Positions 1 to 8,975 of a DNA stretch of 64,000 nucleotides are shown in pieces. Position 1 is the stretch's first letter; each line of letters opens with the position of its first letter. The notes beneath the pieces were generated by a model that saw only the letters and a program-made list of their open reading frames with translations, did no database searches and was not told the DNA's origin. A program made the translations under genes and the position numbers. Origin of the DNA: a bacterium (GTDB taxonomy: Bacteria > UBA8248 > JACPRG01 > G963555815); NCBI GenBank assembly GCA_965218795.1, contig OZ244653.1, positions 192,001 through 256,000 on the forward strand. Reading direction: 5' to 3'.

Positions 1-546
1 GTCCTTCAGAAAATCCAGAATCCCGTTCAACATCCGGAATTCCGGGGTCATCGGCAGCCTGTCCGACCATCGGGACGGAAACCGGCCGGCCGCCTTCTCG
101 GCGTCGCGCCGGAGGTCCGAAAAGACGCCGCGCGTCGTGTAGCCAGGCGGGTCCGCGAGCCGATCCAGGCGGCCGTATACGGAACGTAGCGGCCCGGCCT
201 GCGCCGCGAGCGCCCTCCGCCACCAGTGGACGCGCCCGGCTTCCAGCGCGTCGGCGAGCGCCGTGGCGTCGCCCCGGGACAGACCCGATACGGCCTCTTC
301 CCGGGACGCACAGCGGATCCTCACGCCCCGCCAGCGCCACCCGTCTTCCAGTTTGACCGTCTCGATCTCCTCAAGGGGGATGTCCACGGATCGGGACGGA
401 AGCGTCAGCGTCAACGCGTCCGCGTTCAGTGCGGCGGCCTTGGCGTCTGCCGGGCGAACGATCGCGAACAGGAACGACGCGAGCCCGCTTCGTCTGAACG
501 TAAGAGGGGTTTCAGGCGGTAAGGCGGGCGTGGGTGGATTGGGCAT
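1..546 (-). CDS. N-terminal part of a DNA helicase IV (HelD)/UvrD-like helicase; runs off the left edge
   Basis: Not in the ORF track. Manual translation from ATG at 546 is open to base 1 (MPNPPTPALPPETPLTFRRSGLASFLFAIVRPADAKAAALNADALTLTLPSRSVDIPLEEIETVKLEDGWRWRGVRIR...ALADALEAGRVHWWRR...FRMLNGILDFLKD) and resembles the helicase IV N-terminal domain. The Walker motifs would lie outside the window. Confidence 0.55.
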   Translation of the reverse strand, partial: MPNPPTPALPPETPLTFRRSGLASFLFAIVRPADAKAAALNADALTLTLPSRSVDIPLEEIETVKLEDGWRWRGVRIRCASREEAVSGLSRGDATALADALEAGRVHWWRRALAAQAGPLRSVYGRLDRLADPPGYTTRGVFSDLRRDAEKAAGRFPSRWSDRLPMTPEFRMLNGILDFLKD

Positions 547-881
547 TGCGTCCAAGCGGTATTGCACGAGAAGCAGGTAACGTGGGCTTCCCCGCGCTAT
601 GGTTCACGGTCAACTCCGGGACATGACGGAAATTCGGGCTGAGGCTGCCGCAGGCAAGCGGTGACGGCGCGGTCCGGTCGATGATACGCCTTCGATTCCG
701 CAAGACTCTTTGTCCGAAGTCGTGGCCGCCGCGCTTCCCATCATCGGGTCGGTCGGTGCTATCGGCTCATTGGAGACCGCGAGCCCTGCGCCGCGCGTGG
801 GAGCCCATCCAGCCGGTTCGGGCACTCAATACCACGCCAACTCGACGACCGGACGCCTTACGAGCCGGCCCCTAGCGTCCG

Positions 882-1814
882 CTAACCAGGGCCGTTGCTT
901 ACACAATTTACCTCTCTGATTTTTCCTTCGTGTAGCAGCACAAATGCCGGCTCAGCGGAATACACATGACGTTCGGCGCTCCGTGCTACTCTTTCGTTCA
1001 TGAAAGCTACAAGGCGTGGTTCCAGTTTGACGATATGGGGCAGCGGATCCTCGAATACCCCGTAAAACCCAGCTCGCCGGCCAAGCGGAAAGAACACTTC
1101 CGTTTCCCTTAGTGCAAAACCGATCGGTTCTAGCCTTCGATCTTTCCACGTCAGCGCGACGGGACGGTCAGAACATATGAGATCTGGCCCCCCTGTCGGA
1201 GCAAGGAACAGGGACCAGTTTCTTTCGCCAAGAAGCGGAAGCGCCTTGTCGATTGCTTGAAACTCAACTGCGAGGTTGCCGTCGGTAGGAAATTCGATTT
1301 GATACTGTCCTTCTTTCACGAAGCGCCTCATCTCTTCGAACGAAATCTTGTCATCAGTTTCAGGATCATATCCGGCTGCGCGCATGTGTTGGTCCCATAT
1401 CCGTTTGTCTGAAACAAGAAGGTCGGCAATGGAACGAAGTACTTGTTCTCTGGCTCGATTGAAAGAACCGCGCAAGGACGGATGCCGAACAGCGAACAGG
1501 CAAAGAAAATTTAGAATGGGGTTGTAATCCTTGTCCTTCGGGAAAGTTTCGCTTTCGAGAACGTTAGCGATTGCTTGTACCGCTTGCTGTTCAAATGGCG
1601 CTAGGGCCTGCTCGATGGCGTCGGGGGCTACACCCTCGACGTTGACGCGGTTAAAGTCGCGCTCGACAGCAACGTTTTTTGGCGATGTCTGAAAAGAACG
1701 ACCGCTCTCGACTTCCATAACGTAGAATTGGCCATCCTTTTTTCCTGACGTGGTGAATCCAGCCAGATACGAGGCCGACAAATAGTGGTTACGGCGAGCG
1801 CTATGATTTGCCAT
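882..1814 (-). CDS. DUF4238 domain protein (putative anti-phage defence)
   Basis: N-terminal RNHYLSASYLAGF motif, KNVAVERDF, and later LICSDRPV and VFFPLG motifs typical of DUF4238; lower GC than flanks. Confidence 0.75.
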   Translation of the reverse strand: MANHSARRNHYLSASYLAGFTTSGKKDGQFYVMEVESGRSFQTSPKNVAVERDFNRVNVEGVAPDAIEQALAPFEQQAVQAIANVLESETFPKDKDYNPILNFLCLFAVRHPSLRGSFNRAREQVLRSIADLLVSDKRIWDQHMRAAGYDPETDDKISFEEMRRFVKEGQYQIEFPTDGNLAVEFQAIDKALPLLGERNWSLFLAPTGGPDLICSDRPVALTWKDRRLEPIGFALRETEVFFPLGRRAGFYGVFEDPLPHIVKLEPRLVAFMNERVARSAERHVYSAEPAFVLLHEGKIREVNCVSNGPG

Positions 1815-2245
1815 CTGATCCGCATATGGAAAATGGGTCTCGGTTGCCCAAATAATTTATAGTCATTTGCTGTACAAGCCTTACGTTACCTTCACCACAA
1901 GCCGCCTGTTGATGTACTACCGCAGTATATAAGTATCTACCACCGCATTCGTCCAACTTCCCGATACGGCGTTTGCGTCCTTGGTAACCTTCGTGCCCGT
2001 CGCACCCATCGTCGGCACCACCGCCCAGGAACTACCGCCCGCTCCCGCGAACCGGACCCCCGAGCCTGGCACGCGCCCCGTCCGATCACAGACGATGCGC
2101 CAAGCCGCATCCGTGGCCATCGACAATCACCGACATTCGCCGACTGTCGGGTGAGTCCGGTTGTCAACCGATCTTGTTGCACATATGTTCCCGTCATGGA
2201 ACCGCGCCGAACGCAAGAACGCTCGACCGCCAGACCAGAGCCCCG

Positions 2246-2629
2246 ATGGTAGCCTCGATCGGCAAGATCGCCTCGCCGTCGCAGGGCGCGAGCTACTATG
2301 AGCAGGACGGCTACTACGCCAAGGACGATCCCGCCCACAGGGAAGCGAGCGCCTGGACGGGCAGGGGCGTCGACGCGCTCGGGCTGTCGGGTCCGGTGGA
2401 TCCCGACGCGTTCAAGGCAATCCTCGAAGGCAAGGTCCCGGAAGGTCGACGGCTCGGGCGCAAGGACCTGGGCGGCAACATCCATCACCGCCCGGGCCGC
2501 GACGTCACCCTGTCGGCCCCGAAGTCGGTCTCGCTGCTGGCGCCGGCGGGCGGCGACGAGCGGATCGTTGAGGCCCACGACAGGGCCGTGGGGCGCACCC
2601 TTTCCTGGATCGAGAAGAACGCCATATAG
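2246..2629 (+). pseudogene. MOB-F (TrwC/TraI-like) relaxase, N-terminal fragment
   Basis: MVASIGKI...SYYEQDGYYAKDD...WTGRG...LGLSG...RPGRDVTLSAPKSVSLL...AHDRAV; stops before the HUH motif. Confidence 0.85.
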
Positions 2630-3169
2630 CAGCAGCGCTGTCCCAGCGCCCTGTTCAGCGCCCCAAACGCCCGAACGGTGCGCAGGAGATGGGCCGTCGC
2701 CCAGCCCGCCACCTGGCGGCGCGACGGCCGGTTTCGAATCATCCTTCGTTCTCCGCCGCCACACCCCATTCCCTCTTCACCGCATCCATACCGGATGCCC
2801 AGTAGCGGTCTATGACTGAACGAAGACCCATGGCTGAAACCCGGCCGCCTGAGGCCGGGGACAGGCGAACGTCGACCGTGTAACGGCCGGCCCGCCGTCG
2901 GTCACTGGATCCAACTGAAGGTCTCTCAAGGCCAAGCTCCAACGCGCACCGAACCCCTTCAACAAACCCGGTCCATAGCACCGGGCCGGACCTCCATCCG
3001 CCCGTTCGGCACATACGGATGGCCGGTCGGGCGCCCGCCAGATTGTTTCCTTGAGACGCGCCTTGCACCGCGAAGAGGCCGAGCCGGGCCGGGAAGGGTC
3101 CGGCGGACGGATGTCCCGGGAGAGGGCATCGCCGCCTCTCTCAATCACCCACCCGAAGGAGACGGCGCC

Positions 3170-3460
3170 ATGAGCACGGTCCAGACCCATCCCGGCAACG
3201 CAAGCACCTTCCTCACCCACCTGTTCGGCCAAGGTCTCGATGACGACCGCTACGTGGTCGAGCGCTTCCGGTCCATGGCCGACGGCGACATCCGGCCCCT
3301 GTCCAACGGGGTATCGGGGACCAACGTGTCCCGGCAGGCTGTCCGGAAGATGCGGCCCGCGCGGGACGAGATCATCGTTGCAACCGGAATCAACCTCCGG
3401 AACTCCGGGGTCCAGTACTGGGGCGAATCTGTCGTATGGCGAAACATGTTGCAGCGATGA
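3170..3460 (+). CDS. Hypothetical protein (module ORF A)
   Basis: AAGGAG RBS upstream; near-identical homologue at 39021-39338. Confidence 0.6.
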   Translation: MSTVQTHPGNASTFLTHLFGQGLDDDRYVVERFRSMADGDIRPLSNGVSGTNVSRQAVRKMRPARDEIIVATGINLRNSGVQYWGESVVWRNMLQR

Positions 3461-3529
3461 TCGACGTTCTCAGGGGACTTCCTGCCGGCCCGTCGCCGGC
3501 CGGTCGTCCTTCGTCCCGATCCCAACCGC

Positions 3530-4357
3530 ATGGAGGACATGCCGGTGCCCTACAGGGACCCAGGTAAGGCCCGCGAGCAAGACCGGGAACGCTACCGCCG
3601 GCTCACCAAGGAGCGCCTCGCCAGCGGTATGTGCCCCAAGTGCGGAAGAGAGTCCCTTCCTCCCGGCCGCAGCCTGTGCCATCCCTGCGGCGAGAAGAAG
3701 CGCAAGGCCGAACGCGCCCGGTACGCCAGGGCCAAGGACGAAGGCAGGCTCTACGGCGGCCGGGACCCCAAGGCTCGCCGGAGGATCGGCCGGGAGAGAA
3801 GCAGGAAGCGCCACAGGGCACATCGAGACGCTGGGCTGTGCACGCGATGCGGGAACCGTCCTCCCGTCCGGGGCGGTACGACCTGCCAGGCTTGCCGTGA
3901 CGCCCGGCAGGCGGCCGAACGGGAGCAGTATGCCGCCCGGCGGGCCGCGGGCCGGTGCGGCAGGTGCGGAAGACCTTCTTTTGAAGGCGCCTCGCGCTGT
4001 GGTCCCTGCGCTACTCTCGAGGCCGGGCGCAACCCAAAAAAGAACGCGGCTGGCCGAAGGCGCTACGCCCGCAGGCGGGAGAGGTGGCGTTGCACCGACT
4101 GCGGCCAGCCATCGCAGGGAGCGGCTCGGTGCGTATCGTGCGCGCACCGGTCCTGGGTGCGCTCGGGCCAACATCGGGGCCTTCCGATCCTTCCGCCGCG
4201 CTACACTGTGATCGAGACCGCCACGGGCGAGGGCCACGGGACCTGGGACAGCTGGGAGGAGGTGGCCATGTGCCTGGCCTTCGCCAGGCTGTCCCACGAT
4301 CAGGTGGAGATTATCAGCGATACCTCGTTGATGGCGACCTTCACGGGGCAGTCATAG
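3530..4357 (+). CDS. Arg-rich protein with four tandem CxxCG-x(8-10)-CxxC zinc-ribbon units
   Basis: CPKCG..CHPC, CTRCG..CQAC, CGRCG..CGPC, CTDCG..CVSC; homologue at 38191-38949 with a conserved C-terminal domain. Confidence 0.75.
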   Translation: MEDMPVPYRDPGKAREQDRERYRRLTKERLASGMCPKCGRESLPPGRSLCHPCGEKKRKAERARYARAKDEGRLYGGRDPKARRRIGRERSRKRHRAHRDAGLCTRCGNRPPVRGGTTCQACRDARQAAEREQYAARRAAGRCGRCGRPSFEGASRCGPCATLEAGRNPKKNAAGRRRYARRRERWRCTDCGQPSQGAARCVSCAHRSWVRSGQHRGLPILPPRYTVIETATGEGHGTWDSWEEVAMCLAFARLSHDQVEIISDTSLMATFTGQS

Positions 4358-4509
4358 GCGTTCGGGGGCGGCCCCACGAACAGGCCCTTATCCGTATCGC
4401 CGACCCGCCGTCCGCTAGTGGGAGGGAGCGGACTTCCCGCGGCTGGCCGGGGGGGGGCCGTCGCCCACGCCTCCTGGCGAATTGCCGACCCCTCGCGCGA
4501 AACCCACAC

Positions 4510-4620
4510 ATGACCGCGCACACCCTGCCGGAGAGCCCCGACTACGCCCTCTGTCCTTCTTACGACCTCGAGAACGCGCCCCGGGAGATCCGGCTCCTCA
4601 TCGACGGCCGGGAGACATGA
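4510..4620 (+). pseudogene. Short remnant of a hypothetical gene (MTAHTLPESPDYALCPSYDLENAPREIRLLIDGRET)
   Basis: Homologous to MTAHSLPEHLDYAFSPAYGLGDEP*DIRIVLDG in copy 2 (~37900-38031), which has an internal stop. Confidence 0.4.
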
Positions 4621-4860
4621 AGACACCGCATCGCCCCGGTCCCGCGCTCCCGCCCCGCTTGTCCGTTCATGAACGACCGCAACGGCGTGGTCCGCGAGCG
4701 GCTGCCGGCGTCCGTCTCGCCCTCTGAGCCCCCAGGGTTCCGTCTCCGTCCTTCGTGCCAGAGGGAAGCAAGAGCCGGGCGAACGCCCGGCATGGGAGAG
4801 GGAGAACCGTCTCCCGGTCCCGATGCCGGAAGCGCCAACCCCGGAACAGGAGACCAGCCC

Positions 4861-4986
4861 ATGCTCGACACAGACCTCGAACTCGATGTCATCACCACTG
4901 ACGAACTGCTCGCCGAGATCGGACTCGATGCCCACACCATCCGCAGGATCCGGACAGAAGCCGGAGAAGAAGAGGCGCTCTTCTAG
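4861..4986 (+). CDS. 41-aa acidic peptide
   Basis: AGGAG RBS; MLDTDLELDVITTDELLAEIGLDAHTIRRIRTEAGEEEALF; same-length homologue at 37483-37608. Confidence 0.6.
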   Translation: MLDTDLELDVITTDELLAEIGLDAHTIRRIRTEAGEEEALF

Positions 4987-5072
4987 GGTGAACCAAGGGG
5001 GCCGGAGAGAGAGGCTCTCCCCCCTCCCATCACCCGTTGTCTTCCACACCCTCACATAGAAGGAGAATAATC

Positions 5073-5498
5073 ATGAGCTTCGGACTCAATCGCGCTGAAG
5101 TGATCGGACGCCTGGGATCCGACGTGACCGTCAACCACCTCGCCTCCGGCGGACGCGTGGCCAACCTGTCCATCGCCACCGACGAGGGCTACATCGACAA
5201 GCAGACCGGAGACCGGGTCGACAAGACCGAGTGGCACCGGGTGGTGACCTTCCAGCCCGGGCTGGTGGACATGTTCGAGAAGCACGCGACGAAGGGCCGG
5301 CTGGTCTATGTGGCGGGCAAGCTGCAGACCCGTCGCTGGAAGAAGGACGACGAGGACTCCGACCGGTTCTCGACGGAGATCCTGCTGGTTCCGGGCGGGC
5401 GCGTGCAGTTCCTCGACAAGCCCAACGGCAACGGCGCGCCGGTCGCGGGGGCGGGGACGCCGTCCGCCGAAGCGCCCATGGACGACATCCCGTTCTGA
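5073..5498 (+). CDS. ssb: Single-stranded DNA-binding protein
   Basis: LNRAEVIGRLG, ANLSIAT, TEWHRVV, KGRLVYVAGKLQTRRW, C-terminal DDIPF; AGGAGA RBS. Confidence 0.95.
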   Translation: MSFGLNRAEVIGRLGSDVTVNHLASGGRVANLSIATDEGYIDKQTGDRVDKTEWHRVVTFQPGLVDMFEKHATKGRLVYVAGKLQTRRWKKDDEDSDRFSTEILLVPGGRVQFLDKPNGNGAPVAGAGTPSAEAPMDDIPF

Positions 5499-5692
5499 GC
5501 GCGCATTCCGTTTCCTCTCTCCACCCGGGCCGGCGCTTCGCGCGTCGGCCCATCTTTTTGCTGCCCGTTCCGAGTCCGTACCCGTTCGGGCATCGCGTCG
5601 GCGCTACGCGCGACGCTTCGCCCTCCGGCGCCGGCCGGAGGCAAAGGCCGGCCGGTATCGGGCGTTCCCCGTCCATCCAGAGGAGGCCCGTC

Positions 5693-6569
5693 ATGCCGCC
5701 CCCATCGTCCCGTTCCGCATCTCCCGCCGCCGACATCGCCGCCGCGCTCGGCGCGCGCGCCGAGGCCGTCTGCCGGCGTTACCTGCCCCAGGGCAAAAAG
5801 CAGGGCCGGTACTGGGTCGCCGGCGATCTCGAAGGCGCTCGCTCTTCGTCCGCCTGCACGGTCCCGGGGTCCCCGGGAAGTGGACCGACGCGGCCACCGG
5901 AGAGCACGGGGACCTGCTCGATCTCGTCCGGCATCGCTCGGGCGCGCCGAGGCCCGCGCCTTCCTCGCCCTGCCGGCTCCGCCGGCGTCGGGCGAGAGCT
6001 ACGACGCAACAAAAGCGGCCCGCCGCCTCTGGCGGCGTTGCCGCGCCATCGGCGGCACCCATGCCGAGGCCTATCTCCGCGCCCGCGGACTCGCGCGCTG
6101 CCGGTTCCCGGCATTGCGCTTCCATCCCGAGCTTCGCTATCGCGAAGGCTCTTCCCTGCGCCGTTTTCCGGCGCTGGTCGCCGCCGTGACCGGCGACGAC
6201 GGCGCCATCCACGGCGTGCAGCGCACCTGGCTCGATCCGCGCTTGCCCGCCAAGGCGGACGTCGCGGCCCCGCGCAAGGCGCTCGGCCGCATCCACGGAC
6301 GCGCCGTGCGCTTCGGCAGGCCCGCCGCCTTCGCTCCGCCTGGCGGCGTCGCGCGCCTCGTCATCGCCCGGGACAACGATTCCGAGGGCGAACGGGCCGC
6401 CCAACGCCTCGCCCGGCGCTGCGCGCGGGCGGGCGTCGCCGCCCACGTCATCGTCTCCGAATACGGCGACTTCAACGACGACCTGGTCACTCTCGGACCC
6501 CGGGCTCTGGCCCTTCGGCTCACCGCCCTGTTCCGTACGCCGCATCGGTCCGGACGGATCGCGCGATGA
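5693..6569 (+). pseudogene. Plasmid/ICE-type primase (Toprim, DUF7146-like), frameshifted with internal deletions
   Basis: Pieces in three frames: AEAVCRRYLPQG..GRYWVAGD; GKWTDAATGEHGDLLDLV; AEAYLRARGL..ALRFHP..PALVAAVT..GVQRTWL..RKALG; LVIARDND..GDFNDDL. Confidence 0.8.
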
Positions 6570-6570
6570 A

Positions 6571-6759
6571 GTGATCGCGCGCTATCGCGCCGATCTCTGG
6601 CGCCGCATTCGCGCCGCCGAGGTCGGGCTCGACGAACTCGCCGCCCTTCACGGCAAGCCGCTGGCCTGCTGGTGCGCGCCGCTGCCCTGCCATGGGCAGG
6701 TCCTCGCCCGCGCCGCGGCATGGGCGGCCTCCGTTCTGGCGGAACGGAGGAGAGAGTGA
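6571..6759 (+). pseudogene. DUF4326-like C-terminal fragment
   Basis: LAALHGKPLACWCAPLPCHGQVL motif; N-terminal half missing. Confidence 0.7.
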
Positions 6760-7384
6760 AGCTGGAGAGGGGAGCGAACGCCGCGAGGAGGGAGAGAGAG
6801 CCCCCCGGGCATCGGCAACACGGAAGGAGAACCGCACCATGCAATCCGTCACTTTCAAGTGCATCGCCCCGTACGAGTCGAGGGTCCACCACCATGGCAA
6901 TCGCGTCGGCGAGGTTGCGGATACGCGTCCGTTGCGGTGACGGGCCATGCCTTCGGGCCGGGCTCTCCGCTGCAATCTCCGCTTGCCGGGCCGGCGCCCG
7001 AGACCCGGGTCTCAATTCCGGAACCGCCCAGGGGGTCCGCGCCAATCGCTAACAATATCCCTCTCGACGTGATGGCCCATTGTCCCACACGTGCTCGCGG
7101 CGCCAACCCCCAAGGGGTCCTACTCTCCGCTACGCTCCGTTCCGGCCTTGGCTCGCAAGGCTACGGCGCAAAAGCGCCTAGGCGCGCCAAGAAACGCGAC
7201 CGAGGCTCCGCGCTCCCTGCGGTCGCTTGTGCGCCCGCACCACTCGCGCCCCTCGCCGCGCCAGGCCTTGCGGCCGCGGTGACTTTGCTGCGCGCGCGTG
7301 GGCCACTCAACCATCACGTTCGGAGACTCTCTCCGCACAACGAACCATAACGGTTCTCTACACTCAATCCATAAGGAGAGCATC

Positions 7385-8308
7385 ATGAACGATATCGACA
7401 ACATCCAAGCGCAAGCGCAGTCCGTCACCGCCACCGTCTGCGACCAGGCGGCTCTCTTCGGCGCTACCCCGGAGCAAGACGAATTCGACAACCGGGAGCT
7501 CTGGGACCCGGAGAACGCGATCTCCGCCGTCACGGAAGCCTTCCGCATCATGGCACACGGCGTCGCGCCCGACGGAACGCAACTCGCCGACGAGCGCGAG
7601 AGCCTGCTCTGGGGCTTCGTCAACATGCTCGACGCCCAGACCCAGCGCCTCGACCGCGCGGCCGACAGGCTCGTCCCCGAGATGCGCGACCTCCAGCGAG
7701 AGCAGGACGGCTCCGAGATCCGGTCCCGAGAGCTCGAACTCGTCACCGACCGGACCAAGAACCTCACGGACCGGCGGGACGCCTTCGAGCAGCTCAGAGA
7801 TGCAGCGGCCGAAGCCTACCGGGTCGAGACCGGCGATGTCTGGCGGCCCCGGCGCGGGTCCCACACCAGCCAGACCGGCAAGCTCACTTCGGCCATGATC
7901 GATGCCCGCGACTTCCAGCGTGCCCGCAGGGACCGCGAGAACAAGGCCCTCCTGCCCCAGGGAACCCTCGTGGCGGTGGCAGGCGGCAAGCAGGCCACCG
8001 ACGCAGGCGCCATCATCCGCACCCTCGAGAAGCTCAGGGCCAAGTACGACGATGTGGTCCTGGTCCACGGAGGCGGCCCCGGCGTCGAGCGCATCGCGGC
8101 CAAGTGGGCGGATCGCAACGGCGTCCACCAGATCGTCTGCAAGCCCGACTGGGACGCACACGGACGCGCCGCTCCCTTCCGTAGGAACGACGAGCTGCTG
8201 GACCTGTTGCCCAAGGGCGTCATCGCGTTCCCGGGTTCGGGCATCACGGACAATCTGGTGGACAAGGCGCGCAAGCTCGGTATCCCGGTCCAGTGCGTTG
8301 CCGCCTGA
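7385..8308 (+). CDS. DUF2493 / YspA-SLOG domain protein of conjugative elements
   Basis: AAGGAG RBS; C-terminal VAVAGG..VLVHGG.PGVERIAAKWA..PDW..HGRAAPFRRNDELL..VIAFPGSGIT.NLVDKARKLGIPV. Confidence 0.85.
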   Translation: MNDIDNIQAQAQSVTATVCDQAALFGATPEQDEFDNRELWDPENAISAVTEAFRIMAHGVAPDGTQLADERESLLWGFVNMLDAQTQRLDRAADRLVPEMRDLQREQDGSEIRSRELELVTDRTKNLTDRRDAFEQLRDAAAEAYRVETGDVWRPRRGSHTSQTGKLTSAMIDARDFQRARRDRENKALLPQGTLVAVAGGKQATDAGAIIRTLEKLRAKYDDVVLVHGGGPGVERIAAKWADRNGVHQIVCKPDWDAHGRAAPFRRNDELLDLLPKGVIAFPGSGITDNLVDKARKLGIPVQCVAA

Positions 8309-8673
8309 TCCGAACGACCTCGCGGGTCGTGTCGCCACCCGGCGGCGCGGCCCGTTCTTCCTTCCTTCACGTCCCGCTGCACTGTGCACCGCACCGGTGC
8401 GAACCCCACTGCTGACTCCGTCCCGCACTGCTCCATGCACCGTGCTCCGCACGGCCGCCCGCTCAATCGCCGCGGCGGCTCCACCGCGCGTCCCGCGCCC
8501 GCGGAGATCCCCTCTTCGCTCGTTCCTCGCATTTTGGTCTGTCGGACGCCGGTCGGCGCTTTTACTCTCACACCCCACGCACCTGGGGTGCCCTGTGCTC
8601 CATGCGCGCGCTTGTCCTGCAGTCCTGTGCGCAATCGACGACTTAAGGTGCCTCCCTGATGCCGGAAAAAGTC

Positions 8674-8844
8674 CTACCAATATGGTAGCTCATGGATATA
8701 CGGCGCTATGTCTCTGATATCGTTACATTTATCCAAGCGCGCATAGCGCTCGGAGCTTGAGTGAGATCTCGATGGGCATACGCCGACTATCAAAATGGTC
8801 GCGCGCGGGGATGCGCCGGGCTATAATGGCTACCAATCTGGTAG
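8674..8844. promoter_or_regulatory. Three copies of a 15-bp imperfect palindrome; candidate oriT / RHH operator region
   Basis: CTACCAATATGGTAG 8674-8688, CTATCAAAATGGTCG 8787-8801, CTACCAATCTGGTAG 8830-8844. Confidence 0.45.
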
Positions 8845-8975
8845 TCCAGCCTCCGGGGCCGTTGGGAAGCTTTTTCAGTCCGGAACGGGTGCGTCAGGCG
8901 CCAAGGAGCAGACTTTTTGTTGTTATTTCGGGACCGGAATGGACTGAAGTCTTCACAAAAGGATCGGCAAAGCTG

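Larger units (their letters stand above)
2700..5285 (+). repeat. Copy 1 of a ~2.6-kb diverged module, inverted relative to copy 2 at ~37182-39800
   Basis: Same order of homologous ORFs (96/105 aa, Zn-ribbon protein, small peptides, ssb) and alignable intergenic DNA; boundaries approximate. Confidence 0.9.

Noticed and set aside
840-910. Integron attC site at the DUF4238 3' end
   Set aside because: Only a partial AAC..GTT pattern, no proper L/R boxes and no integron integrase.
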